Source of the DNA: Balanoglossus misakiensis
Lineage: Eukaryota > Animalia > Hemichordata
Direction: 5' to 3'
DNA: 64,000 nt
Assembly (NCBI GenBank): GCA_040954595.2
Contig: CM082590.2
Span: 1,612,001 to 1,676,000 of the forward strand
Part shown: positions 1-12,689 of the stretch, piece by piece
Layout of the letters: each line of letters opens with the position of its first letter
Numbering within the stretch: the first letter of the stretch is position 1
Translations under genes and position numbers: made by a program
The notes under the pieces: model-generated
What the model saw: only the letters and a program-made list of their open reading frames with translations
Database searches by the model: none
Told to the model about the DNA's origin: nothing

Positions 1-3000
1 ATTTATCTTTATTGTACATAGTTGATCAAAAAATGCAAGAATGAAGTATGACAAGTTGTGACCATTTAATATTAATATGAAATAACCTTTGACATTGTAA
101 TGATTTATTTATGGGTACACACATATACCATTGTATACAAAGGTCAAAGAATTCATTGAAAAAGTTGTGTGATTTATCTAATTTATTAAATGTATAAAAA
201 ATGTAATATGCAGTGAACACTTGTAAATATGTTTTAATAAAAAAATACACTCACTTATGGCATGTAAATACATGTATGGATTCTGCGTTTATTCATTTAG
301 TAAATTGGCAGAATAGTCCCGTTAACATACAGCTAAATTATGATAAATATGGCTTCCAACCCAACTGCGTGTATAAAGTGAGACCCCGTTCAACTCTCCC
401 CGTTAGCAGCTCAGGATAAACAGCCCTTTTATAGAAATAATCTACTGCTTGGCAGTGATGTTCTACACCAGCACTCATACAAATCAATTCTTTCAATAAA
501 GAGTGGTAGTTCCTCACCCCAAAAAATGACAAAATCAGCACATCTTATTCCTGTGCAATACATTTGATCTTGAACTTGATGCCAGTAAGCATGGTTTGTT
601 TTCAAGTGTGGACCCCCCTCATCTAAGCGAAAGACAAAATGATTTTTCTTTACATGCCTCAGCAACAGTCATACCTGCTTTTGATGATGGGCATTTGCAC
701 TCCAATATCACATCTCCCTCTGGATCTCCTTTCACAAGGCCATCAATACTTGCACCCAAATATGGCTTCTCTGAACTTAACCATAATCCCACTTTTTCAA
801 CATCAATATCAGTACCCACTTTTTTTCTCATTTCAATGTATTTTTGTATTGCAATAGGTTCATAAATATTGCCATATTTCATTGACATGGTTTTGATATC
901 TCTGTACAACATATTTCTAAGATACTTAGATGGTTCCACATTTTATTGCCATACCAAAATTTGAAGCAGTGAGTTTGGTTTTTCTGATCTCTAACCATTC
1001 TGTCGAGTCCCTTTGTTCCCTTGTTTTCAATTTTATGGCATTTATTTCATCATTTGCCACTTTCATATTGTTCACTTGGTAATCAACCATGTCCTTGAAA
1101 GATGTTGAGCTAATATCATAGTCATTACTGAATGGCATGGTAACCTGAGTACCAGTAATATCAACTGTGACAGGAACATCAACTTCTGTACACTCTAGAT
1201 GTTGCAGTGGTTGAAGGTCATGAAACAGGAAAATCGAGGAGGATTGCAGACACTACTGTAATGTGCTGCAGAGCTCTGGAAATCTTTCACCCAGCTGTCG
1301 ATCTTGAGGTGCCCTGACATCATATCTGGAAGATGACTGACACATAAGCCTCCCTGACCTCCCATAATGAGACTGAAATATAGTGATTTCATTTAGAGGT
1401 TTTGGTCAACCTGAAAAGGATAGAAACAGACATGACAAAGGTTATGACACCATATATATCAAGTGATGCTACCAAAATATAAAATACAGCCATGTATAAA
1501 TGAGGGTTCAAGAGACAAATATATGCTGCTACCCTCCCTTCATGGCCAGTCAACATGTGTATGTGTTGTCATACATGTATTAATGCAGTAATACTGAAAT
1601 TCAGCAACTTACCTTGAGATTCCTGGGTACAACCCATACAGAGAGTCTTGATGTACATGATAAAGGCTCTGGGTGATCATGAAGTCCGCGTCTATGGAAG
1701 TCCTCCAATGCAAACAGAACACCACCAACATGTGAACATTTTCCAAGTCCATTATTTCCACGTCTGTAAACATATATGTTACAAAAATCAGGCCACAGTG
1801 TATGCTTCCATGCTTATTTTTATGATACTAAAATAATAGTACCCAACACAAAAGTTACACAATGTCATACATGTACTACAGAAAAACCCAAGTTAAAGGG
1901 AACCAACTCCTAAATGTAAAATTATAAGCATGCATACTATCATATCTGAGTGTTTTAACAAACAATAATAACAATTAAAGCTCTCATATAAATGCTGGAA
2001 AGTGTTTTTGCTAAAGATGAACAGAAAAGTCTTCAGAAGTTACAGCTACTGTCGCTTTAAACATAACAAAAAAATGAAATCAACAGCCAAAAAAATGGGT
2101 ACTTTTTCCTTCGAAGCACAAGCTCTATATTTATTTATAATTCTGTAATTCTAGTGTAACAAAAAAAGGTGATATATCAGAGCAACATTAAGATTCACTG
2201 CCCACAAAAATCCTGTAGCATGAAACTAAAAATGCACATCTTGTGCTTGTGAATAAAGTTTCAGTTACCCAGCTGGACATTCACAGGCTGCCTTGACAAC
2301 TTCTCCTGAGCTTATGGAAAAGACAATCATTGCCATGTATGGCTTCGGTTTCATTGAAGGTAGAACTTTAGCCTTTAAATACTTATATTGGTCTTTCACC
2401 ATAACCTGCATATCCTTAACGTTTCTTTCATAGAAGTATTTATATGATTTAAGTCTCTTGTATTTAATCCTGCCAACGTCAAGTTTATTCATGTGATATC
2501 TTTTTGTCTTTATCACTAAATATTCATAGAGCTGAATAAATGTCAATGGTGAAACCTCTCTCAAGTCTCTCAGCCATGTTCCTCCTACTGTCTCTTTTAA
2601 CAAGTCTCCATACGTAATGTCCCTATTTGTTTCCACATCACGGGGTAAGTTTCTGGTTCTACATTTGCCTACAGTAGACATCACTGCATATGCCCTCAGT
2701 ACAAGATCTGCTTTCCTACACTTAGATGGAACTTGGTAATCACCATTCTCCGTCAACAGGGCCCTAAGCTGATTCGTAGTTAGCTGTTTAATACCATTCA
2801 AGGAAGAAACACAAACCTTTCCCTTCAGTGCTGTCAATGTCTGGCTGCTCCGGTCAACGTTTTGTGATTCCATGCTGCTACATGCAGAAACAAATGTGAA
2901 AGAGTTATGGATTATTTTCTGCGTTCTACCCCAATTTAAAAAATGTTTACACTATTACAAACGTGTAAAGTTTAGATGTAGTACTAGTGGGCACGTCATT

Positions 3001-3740
3001 TGTTGCCATAGTTTGACAAGAGAACCTGTTCAACCCACAACAAAATTACATGTACAGGGGCACACAATTTCAAATCATAGCAGATGACCTGTCAGTCAAA
3101 TTCGCGAGACCAAGGACCTAACAAGTTATGCAAATAACCAATCATGCAATATCGAGTGAGTGCGTCTGCCACAGACTACAGTCGTCCCACATTGTAAACA
3201 GTCTGCAAGGTCACGCAAAACCCAACAACTTCCGGGACAGTTGCCATGGCTGCAGTGCAGTGCTAAATGAAAATTTCCAATCGTCATATATGCAAGGCTC
3301 TTGAAATCATGCAACCTCCGTTACTCAATCACAACACAACATTTAACGTCTGACGGCGACGTACGTAGTCGTACGGCTAACGATGATCCCCTCCGCCCGT
3401 ACCCACGGACGGTCGATCGTGGGCCAGACGCGGGCTACACTAAAGCCGGCGACAGATTCCGAAAAAAAATCAAAACGAAACATGTTTTGACACGCTCCTC
3501 GGAATTATCCTCACCATGAAATAGTTAATTTTCGAAAAATTGAGTTTCTTACCTGTGATTCAGCATGTACTGTGCACACAGACTGAGAGTACGCGTTCGG
3601 TGACTGATGTCCACGCTGCTTTCACTGTCACTCAGCGAACAGCCTGTCGTAGCATTGCGTTGGTCACCCTCAGCCTCGTTTTGAACTATAATCGCGCCCT
3701 GTTCGAGAATTTCGTTCAGGATCTCGAAACGGAAGTATTC
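1..3740 (-). mobile_element. Probable ISL2EU (PIF/Harbinger-related) or Kolobok-type DNA transposon, nuclease-gene half; candidate terminus at about 3740
   Basis: A SWIM+YqaJ gene is the known second gene of ISL2EU and some Kolobok elements. A CpG-rich upstream region (about 3100-3740) ends abruptly at ...cggaagtattc|AT. There is a 5'UTR-like donor (cag|gtaag) near 3552. No transposase or opposite end is in the window. Confidence 0.5.
338..2873 (-). pseudogene. Transposon accessory gene: SWIM zinc finger + YqaJ/lambda-exonuclease (PD-(D/E)XK) nuclease. Three coding exons (2873-2269, 1763-1613, 1410-338); disrupted
   Basis: Splicing at canonical sites (GG|gtaact at 2268, ttacag|A at 1763, AAG|gtaag at 1612, tttcag|G at 1410) joins CECPAG to RGNNGLGKCSHVGGVL, giving a SWIM CxC..CxH motif, followed by SCTS..W..P. 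Exon 3 carries the YqaJ motifs TREQRDSTEW..RKTKLTASNFG, MKYGNIYEPIA, GLWL..PYLGASIDGLV..ILECKCP and HAYWHQVQ.QMYCTG..CADFVIF. These are spread over four ORFs, with several frameshifts and an in-frame TAG. Confidence 0.88.
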
Positions 3741-3814
3741 ATAATTTTTTTTTTCTGGTCGAACTGATGGAGTGATTACGGTACTCTCAATTATGTTCTT
3801 ATAATCCCATTATT

Positions 3815-4789
3815 TCACCTCGGCCCACAATGGCAAAATATCTTTGTAAAACAAGGGCAAATTTGATGGAATAGTTTGCATATTATAATTACAACACAAC
3901 AGAAGTGTCCCTCCTTCCATTGTCCCTTTGCAATATGAAAGTGTCTGATCCAAGTCAATTTATTGGCCTGAGACCAGGACAACAGGTGAGTAAGACCGAA
4001 ACCACCATCTTTCCAGAGAGAGCACATTGTATTGTCGTTCTGCTTAGTTTTTTTACCATTCCAGAGAAACTCATTTAAAATACTAAGCAATTTCGAGAGA
4101 AAATGCTCGGGGAGATGCAGGAGGGAAACCTGATAAAGAAATTTTGGAATAATAAGAGTATTCAAAATTGTAATTTTTCCAATGAGAGTTTCTACCTCTC
4201 CACATTGCAAGTGTTTGTTTGACACTGCTGAATTTATCATAAAAGTTCAGCTTATTTGCTTCAGACATATTGTAGGAAAAGTACACACCAAGCCCTTTGA
4301 AAATCTTAGTAACTTTTAAACCAATGGGGCTGTCTGTTCTGTGTCTATCTTTGCCCAACCAGAAAACAGATGTCTTGTCTCTGTTCACACAGAGACCAGA
4401 AACTTGTGTAAATTTATCCTTGACAGCCATAAAAGTGGCAACAGAATCTTCATTTTGTAAAAAAGCAGTAGTATCATCTGCAGATTGAACAATCTTAATT
4501 TCATCACTTGAAATGTTGAAACCCTGTATGCATGTATCTTGTTTTACCATTAAACTAAATAATTCCATAGTTATGATAAAATGTATGGTGAAAAAGGGTC
4601 TCCTTGACGGACCCCTCTTTTTATACAAAAATATCTCGAGGTGAAACCATTATTAATAACACAAGTTTTAATATCAGCATAAAGCACAGTGAACCAGCGT
4701 CTCAATGAAGGACCAAAACCAAACTTCTCTAAACATTTCAACACAAATTCCCAATTGAGGGAGTCAAATGCTTTCTGAAACTCAACCAA
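3815..4789 (-). mobile_element. Non-LTR retrotransposon (L1/Tx1 clade) ORF2 reverse transcriptase fragment, frameshifted
   Basis: Three overlapping ORFs carry FQKAFDSLNWEF..LEKFGFG, INNGFTSRYF.IKRGVRQGDPFSP, IVQSADDTT (degenerate YADD), FKGLGVYF and GKITILNTLIIPKFLY..FLWNGK. Confidence 0.9.
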
Positions 4790-4883
4790 TTAAAGACTAC
4801 AGTCTAAAAGGTATTTAGTTCTGCCAATTTTCTTCCATTCTGCAATGTTTACGACAATTTTTTGGTTATATTTCAAATAATTT

Positions 4884-5430
4884 TTAGGTCCCATTGGAAA
4901 ACCTAAATTTGGTCAAAACTCAGAAACTCAACAACCCCTGGTCATATAGTTTTGTAAATTGGTATGCATGTACCTTATGTCTACCTCAAACAGTTCTCTA
5001 TGTTTTGAGCTAATAGTATGAATTTTCTATTTTTTATGCATTTTTTTTGCCTTTTTTCACATTTTTGGTAAAAAATCTATTTTTCTGGAATTGATCAGCC
5101 GACTTCTTTGAAATGTAGTATGGAGCTTCATATATGTGATCTGAGTTACCAAAGTTTTGTTTAAATTGCTGCAAAATTTTTATATTTATAATTTTGGAGC
5201 AATTTTTGCCATTTTTGATCAAGTAAGATTTGCATGTATGTTTTTCAAATCAACTTGAAGAATTCAATAGTATATTTTGGGGGTGATTTTTGCCATTTTT
5301 GGTCAAAACTCTTTCTCAGAAACCTCTACCCCATTGCTTTGAAATTTGACACGAAGGTTCCTTGCTATGTTGTCAGGATGATTTACAAAATCTATGATGA
5401 AAGCGTCAATGTTTTGTGTGGGCAATATCT
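4884..5430 (+). repeat. Dispersed DINE-1/HINE-like (non-autonomous Helentron-like) repeat copy
   Basis: Starts ttttAGGTCCCATT. Shares blocks (ggtcaaaactcagaaactcaacaac, ttttctggaattgatcagc, gtgatctgagttacc) with copies at about 19.8, 23.2, 26.8, 34.3 and 49.7 kb. Confidence 0.6.
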
Positions 5431-5689
5431 TGTACATGTATTTTTGAGTTGTAAATTAATGTGATTGGCTTCTTTAGAATTATAATGGAATCAAATCATA
5501 GCTGATTCGGAACTTTAATATATTGTACGTATACGATATTTTGTCTTATACCACAAAACATTTCATTACCAGTACATTCTTTGTAATAAAAGAGACACCC
5601 CTACAGCATGATTAAAAGGTGTGTTAACGACTTGATACCCGAATTAAGATAAGCTGTCGCGTGAAGTTCGGAAATGAGAAAAAAGTCGA

Positions 5690-5906
5690 CTGGACTTTCG
5701 TTGATGTCTTTAACGGCCATCTCAGCTGCTGCTAAGTTGCTTTCACCACCACGCCAGACAGCACCATTGAAAGAAAACAAGCCCAGCAGGTACAGATCTG
5801 TCTTGTTGTCTTCACGTCCTGTCTGAAAACTTGGCGTTACCAGTAAACTTACGATTGTAAGAAATCTTAACATCCCAGTGTACTGTTTTGTAATGCTTAA
5901 CTCCAT
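5690..5906 (-). pseudogene. Truncated first coding exon of a class C GPCR (GABA-B-receptor-like Venus flytrap N-terminus) with signal peptide
   Basis: Acceptor cttttgcag|ccacaATGG is in a good Kozak context. A hydrophobic signal (MLRFLTIVSLLVTPSFQT) precedes LYLLGLFSFNGAVWRGGESNLAAAEMAVKDINE, typical of GABA-B/ANF-receptor domain starts. Similarity stops after DINESP and the ORF ends at 5601. An upstream donor (aag|gtaagg) lies near 6088. Confidence 0.7.
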
Positions 5907-7165
5907 TGTGGCTGCAAAAGTAATTAAATAAAAAAGGGGCTTGATACAAAATCAAATTGAAGTACAATAATATAAAAGTATAATATAAAAGGGAAAATAG
6001 TTATACGATTGTATGTCTACAGCGTGGTTTCGTGTGAGTCCAGTGACTCATGAAACAATTTTGTAGAGATGAAATTGTATAACCTTACCTTCGATGGAGG
6101 AAAGTTTCATGTTTACGTTTGAAATCAATCTGGTGAGCATTTGTCGTTTCGTTATAAAGGAACATTTTGTTTTACAGTTCACTTAACTTGATTTCCTCCG
6201 TTCAATGAAATATTCGTCATGACTAGATTCATAAGAAATCATGGGCGTCTTATGGACGCTAAATCTTTCGATTATAGTGTCCTGAAGTACATACAGTATG
6301 TGATCAGTACTAACCTTTGTTGAATATAGGTGTTAAACATTAATTTCAAAGGTTTACTTTAACTGCAGTTAAACTGACATTTATATGTTCGAAGTTATGT
6401 CGTTTGGCTGTCTACAGCAAGTATTAACCCACTTTGGTGGTACCTAGACTATCGCAATTTCTGGGAGCCAGACGGCATCGATCGGGCCACGTTGAGCTGC
6501 GTCGCGTAGACTCGAAGAAGAGCGAAGGAATACCGACGTATGTCAGAGCCAGGCGAAGTTATTACAATCACAGACCAGGTTTTTTGAACCGTGACCTGAT
6601 GCCCGAGACAGACCGTCATCACTAGACTGATATTCCTGCTCGGCGCCCAGGTCTACCCACTCCCCAAATTATATACCCAATGATATATCCCTGTCATCGT
6701 TAAAAATAACTTTTTATAAGAAATGTGGATGTCGGAAACATCTTTTGTTAACAAGCCAAGCAACTGTAGCCCTGTACGCATCATTATACATTTAATTATT
6801 TGAGAGCTTCACATTTATTCGTGGCTTGATACGTGTGGTCGATGGTGCGATACTCGCATTACATTGACACAAGAGGAGAAAATTGGCATTGGAAATATCT
6901 CATCACATCAGAAACTATAAACCACTGAGCATTTGGTGGGAAAGACGCACACAATCAGACGTGGAATTCATCGATGTTTTTAAGACATTGGTCAGAAAGT
7001 CATTTTTTGGAAATGAACGCTGACTTGACCAAAAGTATATTCCGCCGCCCGTACAAAAATTAAATCACATAGTTTCTAAACAAGCAAGATAGTCGCATTT
7101 CTCAAATATGTTAAGAAAGTAATTAAAAACAATCAATCGCCGTTTTAAAAAAGTAGGATGTCTTA

Positions 7166-8146
7166 AGGGACCGTTCAGATTTTACGGCTGGGGTGGGGGG
7201 GGGCAAAATCTAGGCGGGGGGTCACTTACATTTTGAAGTCCAAAGGGGGGGGGGTGTCATCGTTTTTTTAAACGTTTAGGGGGGTCACTTACTTTTGCCA
7301 CAAAACTTTTGCTTTTGAGTACACAAAATTGCAGATTCGCGCCCTCTATTTTACAAAACCTTTTAAGGTGGGAGGGGGACACACCCACCCCGTCCATTCT
7401 TCGCCACATTTCATTTATTGGCTGGTTTGTCTAGTGTACGAGGGCAGACTACTTGCCACCCCACCACATTGATGCGGACTTTGAGTGGAGTGGCAAAAGT
7501 AAAATTGGTCCTCCCCAATATTGAGTTAATTTGTTTTTGAGTTCATTAAAATTCAACTTTCAGCCTATTTTACAAAATTTTCCATTTTTCACCCACTCCC
7601 TTCATTCTTCACCACATGCAGTGTACTAAGGCGTAGCACTTGCCCACCCCCACCCCCCCCCCCACCCCCACCGACGCTAACATTGACTGGCAAAAGTAAA
7701 TTTTGTCCTCCCTAACATTTAGTTAATTTGCTTTTGAGCTCATTAAAATGCAACTTTCAGCCCGATATTTTACAAAATTTTCTTATGTGGTAGGGGGACA
7801 CCCCCTACCACACCCACCCCCGCCACTGTTCTTGTTTTACCAATCCTGCCAACTATTGTATTGACTTGTCATTTTAATTTATTCATAATTCATTCTTATT
7901 GCAACGATATACTATTATATACTTCAATTACTTTAAGAAATTTATAGTTGAGGTGTGGGAAGCCTCATTCCCTTTATTGCATACAGTGCATTTAGGATTA
8001 GGACGGCGAATGTTTTTAGGCGTGGGGGGGGGGGGTCATCATTTTTTGGGCCTGGGTGGAGGGGGGGGGGGGTCCGCCTTATTTTGAAAACTCATGACAC
8101 AAACTTGCCGGCCCCCACCCCCAGCCGTAAAAACTGAACGGTCCCT
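7166..8146. mobile_element. Non-autonomous DNA transposon (MITE) with ~35-bp terminal inverted repeats (TIRs) and a TA target duplication
   Basis: TA|AGGGACCGTTCAGATTTTACGGCTGGGG...CCCCAGCCGTAAAAACTGAACGGTCCCT|TA. The interior has G/C tracts and an internal duplication. Confidence 0.88.
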
Positions 8147-8524
8147 TACATCACAGCTTCTTCGCTGCCTGGCTGTGCAACTAGAAAGGAAAGACAATCT
8201 GCAAAGGCAAGAGTTTAGTTCTGAATTTGACCAGTTCATAAGCTAAGCACCGTGATAACTATTTTAGGTGAGTATAAAGATGATAGTGAAAGCCATGTGA
8301 AGAGGTGACAGATGAGTTTTGCAGTTAGAGTGTAACATTTTAATTTATTTGTTTTTCATTCATATCAACTTTCATAGAAGCAACCAGAAAATCAGTGTAA
8401 GGCTACCCTGTTTAAAATCAGAATTATATACAACGGCTCAGACGTTTTACATCTTCTTTCACACTTCATTCATCCCATGCTTTTTAAATACCTTTACACT
8501 TTTGCTGCGTGGTTTTGTCCCATT

Positions 8525-9108
8525 TAATGCAGGAGCTAAACCCCAAATTTTGGCATAATTGTGCACTTTGGGTTAAAAGCATGAAACTTGGTACACTTAT
8601 GCATTGACCAATGGCGGCCATTTTCTGATGTGGATCCAAAATGACAGCGCCCTCTAGTGGCCAGAAACATACATTAATACTTTTAAATTGTGCACTTCCG
8701 GTTAAAAGCATGAAATTTGGTACAATTATTCATTGATCAATGGCGGACATTTTCCAATATGATTAGGGATTAGGATAATACACATAGGAATGTATGGTAG
8801 CAAGCATGTTTTACAACCCCATATTCCTGTGTCTGAGTGTTAAACTTGACCAGAAAGGGCCATTAACGGGGGGGGGGGGGAAGTGTGAATGTCAGTTTCT
8901 GGCCACTAGAGGGTGCTGTCTTTTGGTATCCATATTGGAAAATGTCCGCCATGGGTCAATGAATAATTGTACCAAGTTTCATGCTTTTAACACGGAGTGC
9001 ACGTTTGGATCCATATCAGAAAATGGCCGCCATGGGTCAATGCATACGTCTACCAAGTTTCATGCTTTTAACCCAAAGTGCACGATTTTTTGGTTAACTG
9101 CCCCACTA
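8525..9108. mobile_element. Foldback MITE with long inverted arms (possibly Academ-like, TAG..CTA ends)
   Basis: Left arm gtgcactttgggttaaaagcatgaaacttggta is the reverse complement of right arm taccaagtttcatgcttttaacccaaagtgcac. Each arm has two subrepeats. The right end reads ...ctgccccaCTA. Confidence 0.75.
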
Positions 9109-9464
9109 AATTGTTGTTTCTACTCTGTATACAAAGTCACAATTTCACAACTACCAAATGCTATTGTTCTTGAATTATGCAGTGTTACCAAATGTCACAG
9201 TTCAAACCACTGTATATAAAGAAGTATTGGCCATCCCACCCCTCTCTCTTCATTCCGAACCTATTCCCAAGTGTACGCGGTACATTTGTTGGTGCCGAGA
9301 CCAGGATGTCGGGCATGGAGAGAGAGAGAGAAGAACAGCAGAAGAGGCCACCGCAGTCAAATGACCAAACTCATCCGTAGTGTTGAAGATATAAACACAG
9401 GCGAAGTTCCCCAAAAGATCGTTTTCCTAAAGGCCATAATTTGAAACATGATAGAGAAACTCAA

Positions 9465-10085
9465 GATTTCCAAGCACTGACCCTGTCAATGCTTGGAAAT
9501 GTCCAGGCTCTCACATTCCCCGAGTGTCTGGATATTTCCGGCCACTTACCCTGTCAGTGCTTGGAAATTTCTAGGCTCTCACATTCCCTGAGTGTCTGGA
9601 AATTTCCGACCACTGACCCTTGTCAGTGCTTGGAAATTTCTAGGCTCTCACATTCCCTGAGTGTCTGGAAATTTCCGACCACTGACCCTTGTCAGTGCTT
9701 GGAAATTTCCAGGCTCTCACATTCCCTGAGTGTCTGGAAATTTCCGACCACTGACCCTTGTCAGTGCTTGGAAATTTCTAGGCTCTCACATTCCCTGAGT
9801 GTCTGGAAATTTCCGACCACTGACCCTTGTCAGTGCTTGGAAATTTCTAAGCTCTCACATTCCCTGAGTGTCTGGAAATTTCCGACCAGTGACCCTTGTC
9901 AGTGCTTGGAAATTTCCAGGCTCTCACATTTCCTGAGTGTCTGGAAATTTCCGACCACTGACCCTTGTCAGTGCTTGGAAATGTCCAGGCTCTCACATTC
10001 CCTGAGTGTCTGGAAATTTCCGACCACTGACCCTTGTCAGTGCTTGGAAATGTCCAGGCTCTCACATTTCCAAGCACTGACCCTT
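9465..10085 (+). repeat. 69-bp minisatellite, about 9 copies
   Basis: Unit gtcagtgcttggaaatttctaggctctcacattccctgagtgtctggaaatttccgaccactgaccctt. It explains the 23-aa repeat ORFs on both strands. Confidence 0.95.
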
Positions 10086-10559
10086 CTGGAGTGACTAGCA
10101 ATTTTTGCAAATTGTACTATTAATTGAATTCATAATTTAGTTATTAGTTTTTTTTCAATGAAATATTCAAATCCATACAACCCAAAGATGGCTCCTTCAT
10201 TATTTCGATGGAAATTTCACAGTTTATTATTTTCTTTCTGCACACTCGCAAACATCTTGAAAATAATCATAGAAAATATCGAAATATATTGTATTGTGAA
10301 CAAAACACTTATTTCCTTGAAAAAAGTTTAAACCAGATATTAACTGAATATGCTCACGTGCAGTACTGATATTGGTTGACAGAATAACAAGATTAGAAAA
10401 ACCAGTGTTAAACCATTTTGGTTTATAGTGTACATGGTGTAAGGGTTTGTGAAATGTAAACATGTTTGTGGAATTGTTGCCTTGTCAATTTTTGTAAGGG
10501 GTTATGAGTCATGTACCCCATCCTGAACTGCATAAAAAGATAAGTCTATGGAATTCTAA

Positions 10560-11500
10560 AACTCTTTGATCAAAAATGGCAAGAAAAATACCAAAAAGTA
10601 TGAATATTTCACCAGATTTCAACAAATCTGATTTCTGTTCATGCCTAAGAACCTCTTTAACAAGTTTCATTAAGGAAGATATTTTGGCAAACAACAGGAA
10701 ATTCAGACAAATCTGACTGATATCACATATATGAATTCCCATTCAAAGTTTCCAATCAATTGGACTTGTGGTTTTACTGAAGACTATTTGGCCAAACCCT
10801 GCAGAAATTCCCAAAAAATACAATTATGCAAATTTCATTACAATTTGATCATATCTGACTGAGATCACCCCTAGAAACCCAAATACAAAGTATCAAAACA
10901 ATTGCACTTACAGTTTCACAGGATTTGATATTTTTTGACAAAAACAGGAAATATTGCCCAAAAATGCATTTTTGCAAATTTCACCACCGTTTGCACAAAT
11001 GTGATTCAGGTAAGCCCTATGAACCTCCATACAAAGTTTCCAATCAATTGGACATGTAATTTCAGAGAAGAATTTTTTTTAACAAAACTGCAGAAAATTC
11101 CCCCCAAAAATCATAAAAAATAGCAAACGCCAGATACTGACTCCACCTGAACAAAATCATACGAGGTCTTCCCAAAGTACTTGCACACCAATGCACGCCA
11201 ATTTTTAACTGAATCTGATCCGCTGTTATTAAGTTTTTCAATTTTGACTATTTGAACATTTTTCCAGTTAATACCAGTATGCATTTTTTCGCAATAACAA
11301 TTTCTATGTACACACTAAATATCAGTAGTTTCAAGTTTTTGATGTTGATGGACATACACATACATACATCAATACATTTAGACGAAACGGATCCATTCAC
11401 AAAATACATAATTCTGTATGAGGCACACATACAGACATACATAGACGACGGACACCAACTGACATTGATATACATGTTAGCCAAAAACCAAAATCAACTT
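10560..11500 (-). repeat. Degenerate DINE-1/HINE-like dispersed repeat
   Basis: Repeated caaagtttccaatcaattggac blocks and (acat)n/(agac)n microsatellite near 11350-11450. It resembles the reverse complement of the window's common repeat family. Confidence 0.5.
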
Positions 11501-12399
11501 CAAAATAGACATTAAAATATATTGCACCACCATGAGAAGACAAATTCATTTTTCGACAAATTTTCTGGGGCGTCATTGATATAGCATGGCATATTGTCAA
11601 AGTACGTAGTCTCTGTGATAAGATTCCATACACACAAAATGGTAACCTTGGAAGTCCAGCTGACGTAGTTATGCAATGGCGTCTCGTGTATTCCGTCGCC
11701 AAAAAATCATCGTAAAATTGATAGTCGGGGTCACAATTCAAGACGACTTTCTCTAAATTCTTTATGAATGGATTAAATCGAAATCGAAATGTTGACGTAT
11801 GACGTACGGAATGAGATCTGAACAGACATTCAATGTTATCATTCTCGCTCGATCACATATTGGGTAGGCCATCTAGCAATTGCTATATAGTATTGGCGAT
11901 AACAGACTGTCTATAAACACACAAAACGGATTTTACTGTTGAGTGTGATCAACCGCCATGTTATTTTTCTCTGAACAATAGACAAATAGAAAGACTGGTG
12001 ACATTTTGAGATTGACTGCGTGAGGACCACAATATGCGTGAATCATTTACGGTTTGTCTTGATGAATGGGTCACGTCATAGTCATAATGCGGATTCGGCT
12101 GCACGCCAACTATCCGCCATATTGTCTCCACTAACTTACTCGTAAGTAGTTTCAAACTTCATTTGAAAAGAGTATTCGTCTGACGGTCCTGTAGATTAAC
12201 AATTTACGCTCTATGAAGCAACTAAACAACGTTAGCTTATTTGTCGATTCACGTAGGGAAGTTATTCGTAACGACGGGTACAGCGTCTGAGCATGGACAG
12301 AACCACGGCAATATCGCCAGGAATGTCTCATTTCACAGCGCCCTCAAACAGTCGATCTCCTCGAACTATCGTTTCCACTGGTCATATATGCAGCATTAA

Positions 12400-12651
12400 C
12401 GAAAGCTCTCATAGACAACCATGTAATAGAAAAAATTAAAACTTTAATAACTTCATTAATATCAAAGCCACACCCACCAAAACCTTTTCAGTTCTTGCCA
12501 TATGATATCTGAACCTGTGTACTAAATTTGGTTGAAATCGGTTCAGCGGTTTTTGAGGTATCGGGTATACAGACAGACAGACACACACACACACACACAC
12601 ACACACACATCGCTAAACTATAAGCTCACGTGATTTTCACGTGAGCTAAAA
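12400..12651 (-). mobile_element. Short DINE-1/HINE-type Helentron-derived element
   Basis: Minus strand reads ttttAGCTCACGTGaaaatCACGTGAGCT (5' palindrome), then (tg)n(tctg)n microsatellite, then ctcaaaaaccgctgaaccgatttcaaccaaattt. This is the typical HINE layout. Confidence 0.7.
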
Positions 12652-12689
12652 ACGGCTACTTTTCGGAAATTGGAAAATGTTTTCTATAC

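Noticed and set aside
9441-10094. 217-aa Cys-containing repeat ORF
   Set aside because: By-product of a 69-bp (3n) minisatellite. It is partly open on both strands and has no ATG start or splice support.
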